This document shows positions 8,372 to 17,784 of a stretch of 64,000 bases of DNA, one piece after another. This DNA is from Thermodesulfobacteriota bacterium (GTDB lineage Bacteria > Desulfobacterota > Desulfobacteria > Desulfobacterales > C00003060): assembly GCA_034189385.1 (NCBI GenBank), contig JAXHVD010000018.1:1-64000 (forward strand), read 5' to 3'. Positions within the stretch are counted from its first letter, which is position 1. Each line of letters begins with the position of its first letter. Both the position numbers and the translations under genes were made by a program. The notes beneath the pieces were generated by a model, which saw only the letters and a list, made by a program, of their open reading frames with translations, ran no database searches and was not told the DNA's origin.

Positions 8372-11143
8372 ATGACGGAGCAGGTTCTAACATACCAGGT
8401 CTCAGAACTGCCAGATCCAAGGTATCCCCAATATCAGGCGATGGCAAGAGGAGACGTCTTGTCCTGTGCTTGTTCTGATATCGAGCAGCTACTCCGCGCG
8501 GTTGTCAACCTTCCTGCCGGTTCCACGTCGGTGGCGATCAGGTTCGTGTTCACTCCAAGACCAACACTAGCGGAGGCACAGAGCCGTCTGGCAATCTACG
8601 TGATTTGTCGAGCTCAAAATGAGACGATCGGTGATTGCCTGAGAGTGCTGTTTGAGAACGGACCGTTGACTAAGTACTACCGTCTTCAGCCGACGGAGGA
8701 ATTGCGGGCGCCGTCTAAAAGTCTGCAGGCAGGCTGCAGACTTTGCCGGCGCGAGGACGCCGTCGACCCGCTTCACACGTCTGAATTCAACAATAGAATT
8801 CCATCTTATTACTATACGGTGCGCTTGTTGGAGCCCAACGCCCACAACGATTATTCAGACCTTGATCGAACGCTCGGAGGCGTGAAGTCGAATGCTATTA
8901 TAGATGTGTGCGTGGAACCAACAGATATGTCACCAGAACTAAAAGCACATACCCGATACCTGTCCCGACTGCAGTCCATAAACAGGGTGTGGGATGTCGA
9001 TGAGGATGAAAGTTTCGAGATGACCGACTATTTTATGAGCGGTCAAGACTGGGCCACTATGGGGAATCAAGGTCTCAAGCCGCTGCGTTACCGGGACCCT
9101 CTGGCCGACGACATCCTTCGCTGTCAGCAACACTTCCATGAGAGCCTTCGTCAACCTCACCTGCTGTTTCACATTATGGTGCTGGCAGAGACTGCCGCTG
9201 TTGCGCACCTGATAGGATCAGTGGTGGCGGAGTCAGCCTTTCAAAATGGGAGCTATAGACTACTAGCATTCGGCAAGGATGCTCAGTTGTTCGATGAGGC
9301 CATTCAAAGTCTGAAGGTGACCCGCGTTTCATGGTCCTCCATTCATGAGTTCATCTTTCCGGGAAGAGATGTCGCACCCTACTTGGAACTTGCCCGCCTC
9401 AGCCATACTGCCACCGTGGATGAGCTTGCGGGCGCCTTCCGCCTGCCTGTGGCCGCTAGCGAGTCGCCCAGCTGCATTCGAAAAAACACCGATCCACCAT
9501 ATGAAGAAGTCTCAGACCTACTTGTGGCGGGTTTCGATCAGGAGGGCTCCCACGTTGGCAGGGGGCCACGTACCCGGGGCATGTGCAAGCATATGACAGG
9601 CACTGGCGCCTCCGGGTTCGGCAAGACCACAAACATTTGGAACATCGCACTTCAGCTCTTCAAAAACAATATTCCATTTCTAATCATAGAGCCAGTTAAG
9701 ACCGAATACAGGATACTGAAGACACTTCGAAATGAGGAGGACAAAAATGCGCGAGGTCTCGCCAAGGCGCTTGAACTGTACACGCCGGGCGACGAACGTA
9801 TTTCCCCATTCCGTCTGAATAGACTGTCACCCCAACCAGGCATGTCACTCGAAGAACACATCGAAAATACTCTGGCCTGTTTCCTGGCAGCCATGCCTGT
9901 CTCGGGACCGTTACCAGCGCTACTCAGAGAGGCGCTTGAGCGTGTCTATGAGGAATACCCTGATCCGGACAATCCTCCAATCATCGCTGACCTAGTTGCT
10001 TCCACCGAAAAGGTATTGGCGGAAAAGGCATACTCACCGGAGACGAGCTCGGACATCAGAGCAGCATTAGAGGTGAGAATAGGCATTCTCACGCACGGCA
10101 ACGTTGGTAAGATCTTTCAATGCCGCAAGAGCATCCCCTCCATTGACCACTTAATGAAAGTTCCGGCTATAGTAGAACTTGATCGGCTCCATCCCGAGTG
10201 GAGCTGCTTGTTGACTTTCTTTCTACTGACAGGCATCCGGGAATACTTAAGAACTGTTCCGAAGGCGGATAATGAGCCACGCTACGTAATCATTATCGAA
10301 GAAGCTCACAACATTGTAGGCCGAACCAGCCAGGCCGCGGTGTCGCCTGACGTTGCTGATCCGAGAGCATTCGCTTCAGAGTATGTCTGTCGCATGCTTG
10401 CCGAACTCCGAGCCCTTGGCGTTGGGATTGTCATTGTGGACACACTTCCGTCAGCAGTTGCTCCAGAGGTTATCAAGAACACAACGACAAAGATCGCCTT
10501 TCGCCAGGTGGCAAAAGAGGACCGTGAGGAGCTGGGTGCTTCCATGCTGTTGAACGAACTCGAGATGGAAGAGATGGCACGTCTGAACGTTGGCGAAGCA
10601 TTCATCTTCACTGAGGGCTACCATAGGCCACGGAGGATCCGGACGGTGAACCTCTATGAGCAATTTGACTTCACGACTGACACCATGAACGAGAACATCC
10701 TTCCGTATGTTCAGGATGACGCGTGGTTCTGTCAAGCCGAGTCTGAGAGATTGATCTCCGAGCTGACGCAGCTTCGAGAGGACATGGATCACTTCGACGA
10801 CCAGCGATTCGAGATTGCCAAGGACCTGGCGATCCTGCTGGCCCGTTTTCCTGCACTGTTAGCACAAACCGCCGGGGATAAGAATCCCACCGTAATGGAA
10901 CAGCTGAAACACGAGACACACGGTTTGAGAAGGCGCCTGTTATTTTCCTACCGGTCCTTCTTGAGGCGCTCATACAAGAAATACCTCGTCCCCGCGGGCT
11001 TGTGTGAGCGCCAGGCTCCAACGGTCCGAGAGATGCGTGAGCACTTGGTTGACCGTTTTGAGTCCTTTGTCAAGAAAGACATACAAGAGGTTCTCGGTAT
11101 ACTCGGCACATTTCTTCGCCGTTTAGAGACGAGCATGCTTTAG
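8372..11143 (+). CDS. HerA/FtsK-superfamily P-loop ATPase with large N-terminal domain
   Basis: Walker A GASGFGKTT, IEPVKTEY, Walker B IIIEEAHN, ELRALGVGIVIVDTLPS, VIKNTTTKIAFR. Confidence 0.85.
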   Translation: MTEQVLTYQVSELPDPRYPQYQAMARGDVLSCACSDIEQLLRAVVNLPAGSTSVAIRFVFTPRPTLAEAQSRLAIYVICRAQNETIGDCLRVLFENGPLTKYYRLQPTEELRAPSKSLQAGCRLCRREDAVDPLHTSEFNNRIPSYYYTVRLLEPNAHNDYSDLDRTLGGVKSNAIIDVCVEPTDMSPELKAHTRYLSRLQSINRVWDVDEDESFEMTDYFMSGQDWATMGNQGLKPLRYRDPLADDILRCQQHFHESLRQPHLLFHIMVLAETAAVAHLIGSVVAESAFQNGSYRLLAFGKDAQLFDEAIQSLKVTRVSWSSIHEFIFPGRDVAPYLELARLSHTATVDELAGAFRLPVAASESPSCIRKNTDPPYEEVSDLLVAGFDQEGSHVGRGPRTRGMCKHMTGTGASGFGKTTNIWNIALQLFKNNIPFLIIEPVKTEYRILKTLRNEEDKNARGLAKALELYTPGDERISPFRLNRLSPQPGMSLEEHIENTLACFLAAMPVSGPLPALLREALERVYEEYPDPDNPPIIADLVASTEKVLAEKAYSPETSSDIRAALEVRIGILTHGNVGKIFQCRKSIPSIDHLMKVPAIVELDRLHPEWSCLLTFFLLTGIREYLRTVPKADNEPRYVIIIEEAHNIVGRTSQAAVSPDVADPRAFASEYVCRMLAELRALGVGIVIVDTLPSAVAPEVIKNTTTKIAFRQVAKEDREELGASMLLNELEMEEMARLNVGEAFIFTEGYHRPRRIRTVNLYEQFDFTTDTMNENILPYVQDDAWFCQAESERLISELTQLREDMDHFDDQRFEIAKDLAILLARFPALLAQTAGDKNPTVMEQLKHETHGLRRRLLFSYRSFLRRSYKKYLVPAGLCERQAPTVREMREHLVDRFESFVKKDIQEVLGILGTFLRRLETSML

Positions 11144-11149
11144 GAGGAT

Positions 11150-11674
11150 GTGGTTATGGCAAAACGGAGAGATATTCCTTCAAGACGCGATGTCAATGAG
11201 AGACTTGAATGTGACAAGAGGAAGATGGAGGCCAAAGAGACTGATCTGGACAAGATAGCATCAGATGTTGAAACGGTTAGAAGAACCTTGGAAAGACTCG
11301 ATTTTCGCGGAACCGCAGAGGGCTCCAGAGAAGCAGAAGAATCTATTGAAGGCGCAGAGGATGTTGCAACAGATGCGTTCGATAAAGAAGACGGCGCCTT
11401 GGAACGCATCCAGACTCACAATCGGGAGTTCGGGGCAGAGCTTGATGACCGAAAAGGGGCGTCAGAGTCTGATCTGAAAAAGGTGACTGATGTGACCGCC
11501 AGCATCAATAGAAATGAGGTTGGAGATAAGTTGAAAAAAGCCAAGGAGGCGGTTTTGAGCGATGTCAATTTTCTTGCTGCGCAGATTGAACGGGCTCGTG
11601 CAGCAAGGGAACGAAGTGATGCGATCCAGGAAAGGCTTAAAGGCCGGGTTCAGAAGGGAAGAAGGAAACGCTAG
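11150..11674 (+). CDS. Coiled-coil/helical hypothetical protein
   Basis: AGGAGG RBS; highly charged heptad-rich sequence. Confidence 0.75.
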   Translation: MVMAKRRDIPSRRDVNERLECDKRKMEAKETDLDKIASDVETVRRTLERLDFRGTAEGSREAEESIEGAEDVATDAFDKEDGALERIQTHNREFGAELDDRKGASESDLKKVTDVTASINRNEVGDKLKKAKEAVLSDVNFLAAQIERARAARERSDAIQERLKGRVQKGRRKR

Positions 11675-11675
11675 C

Positions 11676-12293
11676 GTGCCATCAATTAAATACAGGAACC
11701 AGAATAGCTCTGGGAAAGACCACGACCTTTCCTTTGAAGATGTGGGCCCCTTCATGACCCATACGGACAAAGTGCTGGCCCAACTAGCCCAAAAAGTTAG
11801 GGTGTTGCCTAAGGTCGATGAAAAGGGTCGTTCTGAATGTCCGTTTGCAGAAGACCTTTATGCCGCCAAAGAAGAGGCTGCAGAAAAGGTCCGTGAAGTG
11901 CTCGATAAGATGCCAGGATACCTGCGCGCGGTAGACCGAGAGATACTCAGATGCAAACGTAATCTCGCTCAGGTTCGCAGCGACGCCGCTTCCCTTCATC
12001 TGGATAAAGCACAAGGGAAGTACCACAGCGCACAGGAAAATTACCGTTTTCAGCACAAAAAATACATGCAGGTTCGGCAGAGACTGATTGATCTGCGATC
12101 CCAAGCTCAGAAGGCACTCCAGAAGGCCTGTGCCAATAAGTGGCCGGCAGGTAAACCCCAAAAAAAGTTTCATGGTTCAGCGCCAGCAAGAATTGCACCC
12201 GCTTCACACGCCAAGGGATCACTTGGACCATCGTTGGCGACCGAGGTCAATAGCCTGTTGTCGCTGGATCATTTCAGTCGAAAGGACGTTTAA
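11676..12293 (+). CDS. Basic coiled-coil hypothetical protein
   Basis: Probable GTG start right after the previous stop (ORF track 11562..12293); helical, charged. Confidence 0.65.
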   Translation: MPSIKYRNQNSSGKDHDLSFEDVGPFMTHTDKVLAQLAQKVRVLPKVDEKGRSECPFAEDLYAAKEEAAEKVREVLDKMPGYLRAVDREILRCKRNLAQVRSDAASLHLDKAQGKYHSAQENYRFQHKKYMQVRQRLIDLRSQAQKALQKACANKWPAGKPQKKFHGSAPARIAPASHAKGSLGPSLATEVNSLLSLDHFSRKDV

Positions 12294-12294
12294 G

Positions 12295-14211
12295 GTGGAA
12301 GCCTGTTCGACGACAGACCAAGAGGATACACCAAGCGGAATCTGGCTATTAGATAGACTACTACTTGGAGTCGGAGGTAAGGATCCACTGCTTGTAAGTC
12401 TTCATGTCAGTTCAGGCGACGTTCAGCAGCTAATTAAACTGCCACCCGGACATAGTGCATACGCCATCGACATAGATCTGGATGGCACGTCAGCTGCTGT
12501 AGGAACCAAGGGGGGGTTGGTCTACTTGATTGACGACTTGAACGACTGCGGGCCTGACGGAGCTATCAGGCCGAAGGAGCTGGTCCAAGGAGGACCAGTG
12601 CTGTCAGTCTGCTGGCTGAACAGGACACTTCTGGCTGTGAGTGATGCACTTGGGAGGTGCTGTGTTTGGAACTCTCAGGAACAGTCACCTCCTCGGCTAT
12701 TTGAAGTTATTGATGGTGTCGTGTGCAGCTTACTGAGGTTGCCGGACGGGCTGTTAGTGGGGATTACTTCAACGGGTCATCTTCTCTTCTGGCACCCACC
12801 GGAGTTGTGCCTAGTTCATATGGTTAAGATAGCACCCCCCCCTTCTATGAGTGGCCTGGTACGCATGGTCTATTGGCCCTGCGAGCATGCCCTGGCCTGC
12901 CCTGGTGCTGGAGGACGTTTGACATTGTACGATCTGGAAAAGCGAGCCGTTGTTGAAACGTCTGCACACCAAGGCGATTTTTATGCAATTTCAGTATTGG
13001 GAAAAAAACTCTTCACGGTCGGCTTCAAGGAGTCTCAGCTAAAAACGTGGGATGGGGGGCTGGAGGATCCTACGTACAGTCTTCGCGCACCTACAGGAGT
13101 GATTTCTGCTGGAGTCGGAGGATGCCCGCCCGCTGAGATACTGCTGATTGAGGCGCGGGGTGCTGCCAGCGCTTGGACGCTCCAGGCAGGAAAGCTAAGG
13201 CTTGCCCGCCAACATGCTGGGCAAGACTATCGTGCTGTCTGTTGTCCACGGGCAGATAGGGTACAGATAGTTTACGCTCAACAGAGAAGGGAGGAAGTGC
13301 AGCGAATAGTAACGAAGATCGGGGAACACAGCGCTCAGGCAGATGCTGATAACACCGAGGAACTGCACGCCCGGTTGATCGATTTGAACTGCGAACACGT
13401 GTCTTTGGCTCTTCGCGCTGATCAAGCCTATCAGAGAGGAAACATCGTTCAGGCACTGACACTTTATTCCTCTTTGATACGCATACTGCCGACTGATGAT
13501 CCAAATGCTTGTGCATCAATGGAAAGATATGCAGCCATGCTTGCAAAGGCCTGGCAGATCCCAGAAGCCGCACAAATTCTCACACGGATTCAAAAACTTG
13601 ATCCTGACTATCAACTTACCGCTCAAACTGAAAACCTCGTTCACTTGGCCAAGATCTTGCGCGATAGACACTGGGTGATCAACCCCGGCATGCCGATAGA
13701 GGACATCATTCAATCGGCTACTGCCATTGGCAGGGGCTTCATAGGTCGCTACGTGATTAATAAGGGGCATCCGCAGGGCTGCGGCTCGACTCAACTGGAG
13801 GCAGCAGAAATTGCTGAGAAGTACGAGCAGGCCCGGCGGGAATCCGGGGAAACAAGTCTGCCTCCAGCAGGCGCCGAAAGAGTGTGGTGGCTGTCGGAGA
13901 TGCAGGTCCAAAAGATGGACCTTGTATCCTTCGGAGAGGGCCGCACCAACCCAATCAGAGGGCTCCAGCTTGCTTTGCAGGTACTGACTACAGCATCAAA
14001 GACCACCGTAATCCTCACGGTTCTATTCGACTGGCGTGATGCGTCGAAAGCTGTGGATCTGGAAGCACAAAACGACCAAGCACACAATGCCTTGACCCAA
14101 ATCAGGAATAGAACACTGTCTAATTCTTATCTGGGAGGAATACACAAGACACTGCAGCACTGTCTCCGCAGACTTCTAACCGAGAGATCGTCATACCAAG
14201 GAGCAAGTTAA
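12295..14211 (+). CDS. WD40-like beta-propeller plus TPR-like protein
   Basis: Repeats such as GHSAYAIDIDLDGTSAAVGTKGGLVYL, GPVLSVCWLNRTLLAVSDALGRCCVWN, AHQGDFYAISV; C-terminal helical TPR-like part (ALTLYSSLIRILP, AAQILTRIQKLDPD). GTG start inferred. Confidence 0.7.
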   Translation: MEACSTTDQEDTPSGIWLLDRLLLGVGGKDPLLVSLHVSSGDVQQLIKLPPGHSAYAIDIDLDGTSAAVGTKGGLVYLIDDLNDCGPDGAIRPKELVQGGPVLSVCWLNRTLLAVSDALGRCCVWNSQEQSPPRLFEVIDGVVCSLLRLPDGLLVGITSTGHLLFWHPPELCLVHMVKIAPPPSMSGLVRMVYWPCEHALACPGAGGRLTLYDLEKRAVVETSAHQGDFYAISVLGKKLFTVGFKESQLKTWDGGLEDPTYSLRAPTGVISAGVGGCPPAEILLIEARGAASAWTLQAGKLRLARQHAGQDYRAVCCPRADRVQIVYAQQRREEVQRIVTKIGEHSAQADADNTEELHARLIDLNCEHVSLALRADQAYQRGNIVQALTLYSSLIRILPTDDPNACASMERYAAMLAKAWQIPEAAQILTRIQKLDPDYQLTAQTENLVHLAKILRDRHWVINPGMPIEDIIQSATAIGRGFIGRYVINKGHPQGCGSTQLEAAEIAEKYEQARRESGETSLPPAGAERVWWLSEMQVQKMDLVSFGEGRTNPIRGLQLALQVLTTASKTTVILTVLFDWRDASKAVDLEAQNDQAHNALTQIRNRTLSNSYLGGIHKTLQHCLRRLLTERSSYQGAS

Positions 14212-15848
14212 TGCTCAAGTTCTGTTTGACCTGTAATAGCCTCGTAACACCTGAAGACGATATGTGTCCGGACTGCGGCTTGAGATTCAGACAAAACACT
14301 GACCACAATTGTTTCTTATCGGGTCCGTTTGTGCATCGGGCCCCACTGGTGAGGCTTGCCAGGGGTGCCAAACTGATGAGTCGCTTCCTGATAAAGGGGC
14401 ATCTTGGCGAAGGTCGTTTCGGCACTGTTTACGAGGCCGAAGACAAGATTCGTTCGACGGACGTAGCCTTGAAAGTCGTTGAGGCCGAAGCCCGCAACAA
14501 CGACACCGCTTGGTCCAGAGTTCAGCACGAGATGCTGATCAATAGAAGCGTCTCTGACTTCTCCCACGTTATCCAGCTATACGAGCTGCATTGTGTGCCG
14601 TGGGGAGCAACCGGCTTGCTGGTTTTGTCAATGGAGTATGCTAACGGCGGCACTTTTAGGAGATGGTTGTCGGAACATGCAAATGATTGGCAGGCTCGCA
14701 CCGATGCAGGGATTGGGTACTTCAAGCAGGCATGTCACGGTGTGGCAGCCTTTCACGACGTTCAAATAGCCCTACTTGATGTTAAGCCAGAGAACATGCT
14801 CCTTCATGACAGCATTTTAAAGATTGCGGATTTCGGGGCGGCCAAGAAAGATTATCCTACCCAAAACCCAAATGATTTCTGCTCAGAGAAATCTTCACCG
14901 AGGGAAAGTACACCGTCCTACATGAGTCCAGAACACTTCACTGCTCACGACGCAGACGATGTGGACCATAGGGCTGACATATATTCACTCGGTATCGTTC
15001 TATATGAAGTGCTTCACCCCAAGTGCAGGCTGCCTTTCAACGGCTCGTGTCAACAGCTTCAACGACTGCATCTGAAAGCGCCGCCGCCTGACCTGCCGGC
15101 TGATTGCGAGAACCTGACTCGTGTGGTCGCTCGATGCCTTCAAAAGAATCCATCCAGTCGATACCAGCACGTCTGGGATCTCCTTGAAGACATGGAGCAC
15201 GGAGCCTCTGCCGAGCCTAATCCAGCTGTTTTGGCTGGGGCGGGTATGAACGGAAGTGGGAACGAATTGGAGGAAAGTTTTAACAGGGCTTCTCAGTGTC
15301 TTTCCGATGGCATGCTCAACGAAGCTGCGACGCTGGCAGAGGAGGTGCTTCGTTTGAATCCTGACCATGCTGGGGCCAAGCGACTCAGGGGAGAGATTGG
15401 CACAAGATTTAGCCAGGCGGAAGAATTCTATCGGGATATTTTGCAGCATGTCGAGACCGGAGATCTGGGCGAACTGACAACAATGGTTGAAGAGGCCGTC
15501 AGGATTTATCCCGGTCACCCTTCGGGGGACTTGGCCCAGGCCAGGCTTGCAGCTCGAGTTCGCCGATATCGCGAAGCCATGGAAAAGGGTGAAGTTGCCT
15601 TAAGAGCAGGTCATTGGGGATTCGCACTCAACTGGTTTCGGAAAGCACTGCAACTTCACCCCGGAGCGGTTCAATTGGGAAAGATAATAGAGTCTCTGGA
15701 CCAGATCGATCAAATGACTCAAGCGGTTGATGAGGCTCTCGTGGCAAGACATTTCAATAAAGCCCAGTCTATTTCTCGTTTTATGGATGTTTTAATAGAT
15801 GAGATGGAAGCCAGCATACCGATACTGAGAGAAGCGGGAACTAGATGA
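14211..15848 (+). CDS. Hanks-type Ser/Thr protein kinase with N-terminal Zn ribbon and C-terminal TPRs
   Basis: CxxC-x10-CxxC; LGEGRFGTVY, VALK, LLDVKPEN, DFG, YMSPE, DIYSLG; TPR-like AEEVLRLNPDH, FRKALQLHPG. Confidence 0.92.
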   Translation: MLKFCLTCNSLVTPEDDMCPDCGLRFRQNTDHNCFLSGPFVHRAPLVRLARGAKLMSRFLIKGHLGEGRFGTVYEAEDKIRSTDVALKVVEAEARNNDTAWSRVQHEMLINRSVSDFSHVIQLYELHCVPWGATGLLVLSMEYANGGTFRRWLSEHANDWQARTDAGIGYFKQACHGVAAFHDVQIALLDVKPENMLLHDSILKIADFGAAKKDYPTQNPNDFCSEKSSPRESTPSYMSPEHFTAHDADDVDHRADIYSLGIVLYEVLHPKCRLPFNGSCQQLQRLHLKAPPPDLPADCENLTRVVARCLQKNPSSRYQHVWDLLEDMEHGASAEPNPAVLAGAGMNGSGNELEESFNRASQCLSDGMLNEAATLAEEVLRLNPDHAGAKRLRGEIGTRFSQAEEFYRDILQHVETGDLGELTTMVEEAVRIYPGHPSGDLAQARLAARVRRYREAMEKGEVALRAGHWGFALNWFRKALQLHPGAVQLGKIIESLDQIDQMTQAVDEALVARHFNKAQSISRFMDVLIDEMEASIPILREAGTR

Positions 15849-17071
15849 CGTTAAATGTTCATAGAAAGCCACGGGTTTCTGGCCCAACTCGGAGGGTTCG
15901 CCTGAAACAGTTGGAGCCCGACCGTCGGGAGGTACTGAAAAGACAGTCCACGGTCGAACTAGTGCGGCGTATCGTTGAAGATTCAGACGAACTAGCTCTC
16001 AGGGTTTTCCTAGAGACACGCACCCTGTTTAGATTTGGGGACGAACCGCAGCTGTTGCTTCACCAGTTTCTGATGAAGTTGCGGGACAGATCGGCTTGTG
16101 CCGAAGGTTACAGCATGACCGATATTGATCTAGCCGATTGTGCCTATGATATGACCCTTTCAAAGTACTGCAATCTGCCCGGCGCATCAGAAAGCGAGTC
16201 CAGTCCAGAGAGCTATATCGTCCGGGGAAGAAACGTCGACTGTAGAAACTATTACCGTGCTTTCCTGCTCACAATGCAATGGATAATGGATCAGGGGCAC
16301 TTGAGCACCCAAGCCGATGAAGAACTGCAAGCCGGCAGGCTCCTCCAGATAAGGGTCTATAAGAGTTTCAATTTGTCAAAATTAGAATGTCGGCGTCACT
16401 CACCGTTTTCGATCAGGTACACATGGGAGGTGGATGGAACGAGGCTGTATCTATACTATCCGTCATACATGACATCAAAGAAGTTTAGGGCGTGGCTTGA
16501 GGAAAATACTGAGGGTATTGACCTGTCGTCACCAAATGCTCAAGCACAAGTCCAATTCCTCATTGACGCCAATTTGGCCAAGGGCTACCATATTTCGTTT
16601 GATCAGTTGGGAATATGCCAAGTTTTGGCGGAAAAACAAAGGCTTTCCTTGATCGAGTTCCAAGAGGGCGTGATGTTTGTAAAAAGCCTCGCCGTAGCCG
16701 TCGCCAAAGAGAAAGCAAGAAACATTGATCGATTGCGTCCCGCTATTAGGGGGCTTGGTAAAAAAACCCTCGAACACTTAATCTTAGAGATATACTCAGA
16801 CGTTACGGACGATGAATACTCGGTGTCCAGGATGGCACGCCGGTATGGATTAAGCAAGGCCACTTTGAGTCGTTTCGCAGGGAACACATGGTTCAGAGAA
16901 TCGCAGGAGGCTGGAGCATCAAGGATCCCTGACTTATGGCAGAATACCGCAGAGACACTGGCGGGAAATCCGGCATTTATGGAGACGGTCATGAGTTCGG
17001 GCGTTGGTGGTGGTATAGAAAGAGCACTGCAACTCATGGAGCACTCGGAAAGTCTGAAAAATGCCAAATAG
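15845..17071 (+). CDS. Hypothetical protein with C-terminal HTH, possibly a divergent sigma-factor-like regulator
   Basis: N-terminal STVELVRRIVEDSDELALRVFL resembles the ECF sigma region-1.2 pattern; YSVSRMARRYGLSKATLSRF is HTH-like. Confidence 0.5.
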   Translation: MTLNVHRKPRVSGPTRRVRLKQLEPDRREVLKRQSTVELVRRIVEDSDELALRVFLETRTLFRFGDEPQLLLHQFLMKLRDRSACAEGYSMTDIDLADCAYDMTLSKYCNLPGASESESSPESYIVRGRNVDCRNYYRAFLLTMQWIMDQGHLSTQADEELQAGRLLQIRVYKSFNLSKLECRRHSPFSIRYTWEVDGTRLYLYYPSYMTSKKFRAWLEENTEGIDLSSPNAQAQVQFLIDANLAKGYHISFDQLGICQVLAEKQRLSLIEFQEGVMFVKSLAVAVAKEKARNIDRLRPAIRGLGKKTLEHLILEIYSDVTDDEYSVSRMARRYGLSKATLSRFAGNTWFRESQEAGASRIPDLWQNTAETLAGNPAFMETVMSSGVGGGIERALQLMEHSESLKNAK

Positions 17072-17777
17072 CAAACGCCTGTACTTCATTCCCATCATAG
17101 CGCGTGCGCTTGAGAGTGACCACCCACGCAAAGCCATGCGAGAGGCCTTCGACAGAATCTACAAACTCGGCAAACAACCCGAGTACAGGCTGGGATTTCG
17201 TCAGTTCCAGGACTTTGCACAGGCGGCGCTGAAGTCATTGGTCCAAAGACCTCAGAAGGGAGATGAACAAACACTCGATGTGGTCTATCCTTTAGTATAC
17301 GATCTGGCAACCGATACCTTCGAGGGGAGGGAAAAGCAAAAGGAAACCCTCTTAACCGCACTGAGTAGTCATCCTGAGTGGCTCGCACAGTACCGAAGCA
17401 TCAAAGAAGAGGCTCAAGAGCTTCTAGCCACCAAAATGTTGATTGAGGTTGAAGTTTTAAGAGAGGAGGTGGTTGTCGGCTCATTTTCTGTTTCCGCCAC
17501 TCCAGCGTACCTGAGTTCGATTATCCCAGGCGAATATACGGTTCGTCTTTCAAACGGAAGAGTTCTCTGGCAGGGGGAAATCAGCAGCGAGGACGTCATA
17601 TGGGCTTTCGCATTTCCAGGCAAAGACCTGGCCATGGCGGCAGAGACTGAAATGCCCAAGCAGAAACCAACGAGAACGCTGTCTCTTATGGCCGGAGAGC
17701 TAATTCTGGACTTCTTTGCTGGGCTTGAAAGTGGCAGCATAGGACTGAGAAAGGCCCAACGAGTCCAAGAGGAATAG
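17061..17777 (+). CDS. Hypothetical protein (possible partner of the upstream HTH protein)
   Basis: Overlaps the upstream stop; helical N-half, beta-rich C-half. Confidence 0.6.
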   Translation: MPNSKRLYFIPIIARALESDHPRKAMREAFDRIYKLGKQPEYRLGFRQFQDFAQAALKSLVQRPQKGDEQTLDVVYPLVYDLATDTFEGREKQKETLLTALSSHPEWLAQYRSIKEEAQELLATKMLIEVEVLREEVVVGSFSVSATPAYLSSIIPGEYTVRLSNGRVLWQGEISSEDVIWAFAFPGKDLAMAAETEMPKQKPTRTLSLMAGELILDFFAGLESGSIGLRKAQRVQEE

Positions 17778-17784
17778 GCAGACT

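Noticed and set aside
12088..12294. N-terminal extension of the WD40-TPR ORF
   Set aside because: Overlaps the upstream gene; GTG at 12295 immediately after its stop is more plausible.
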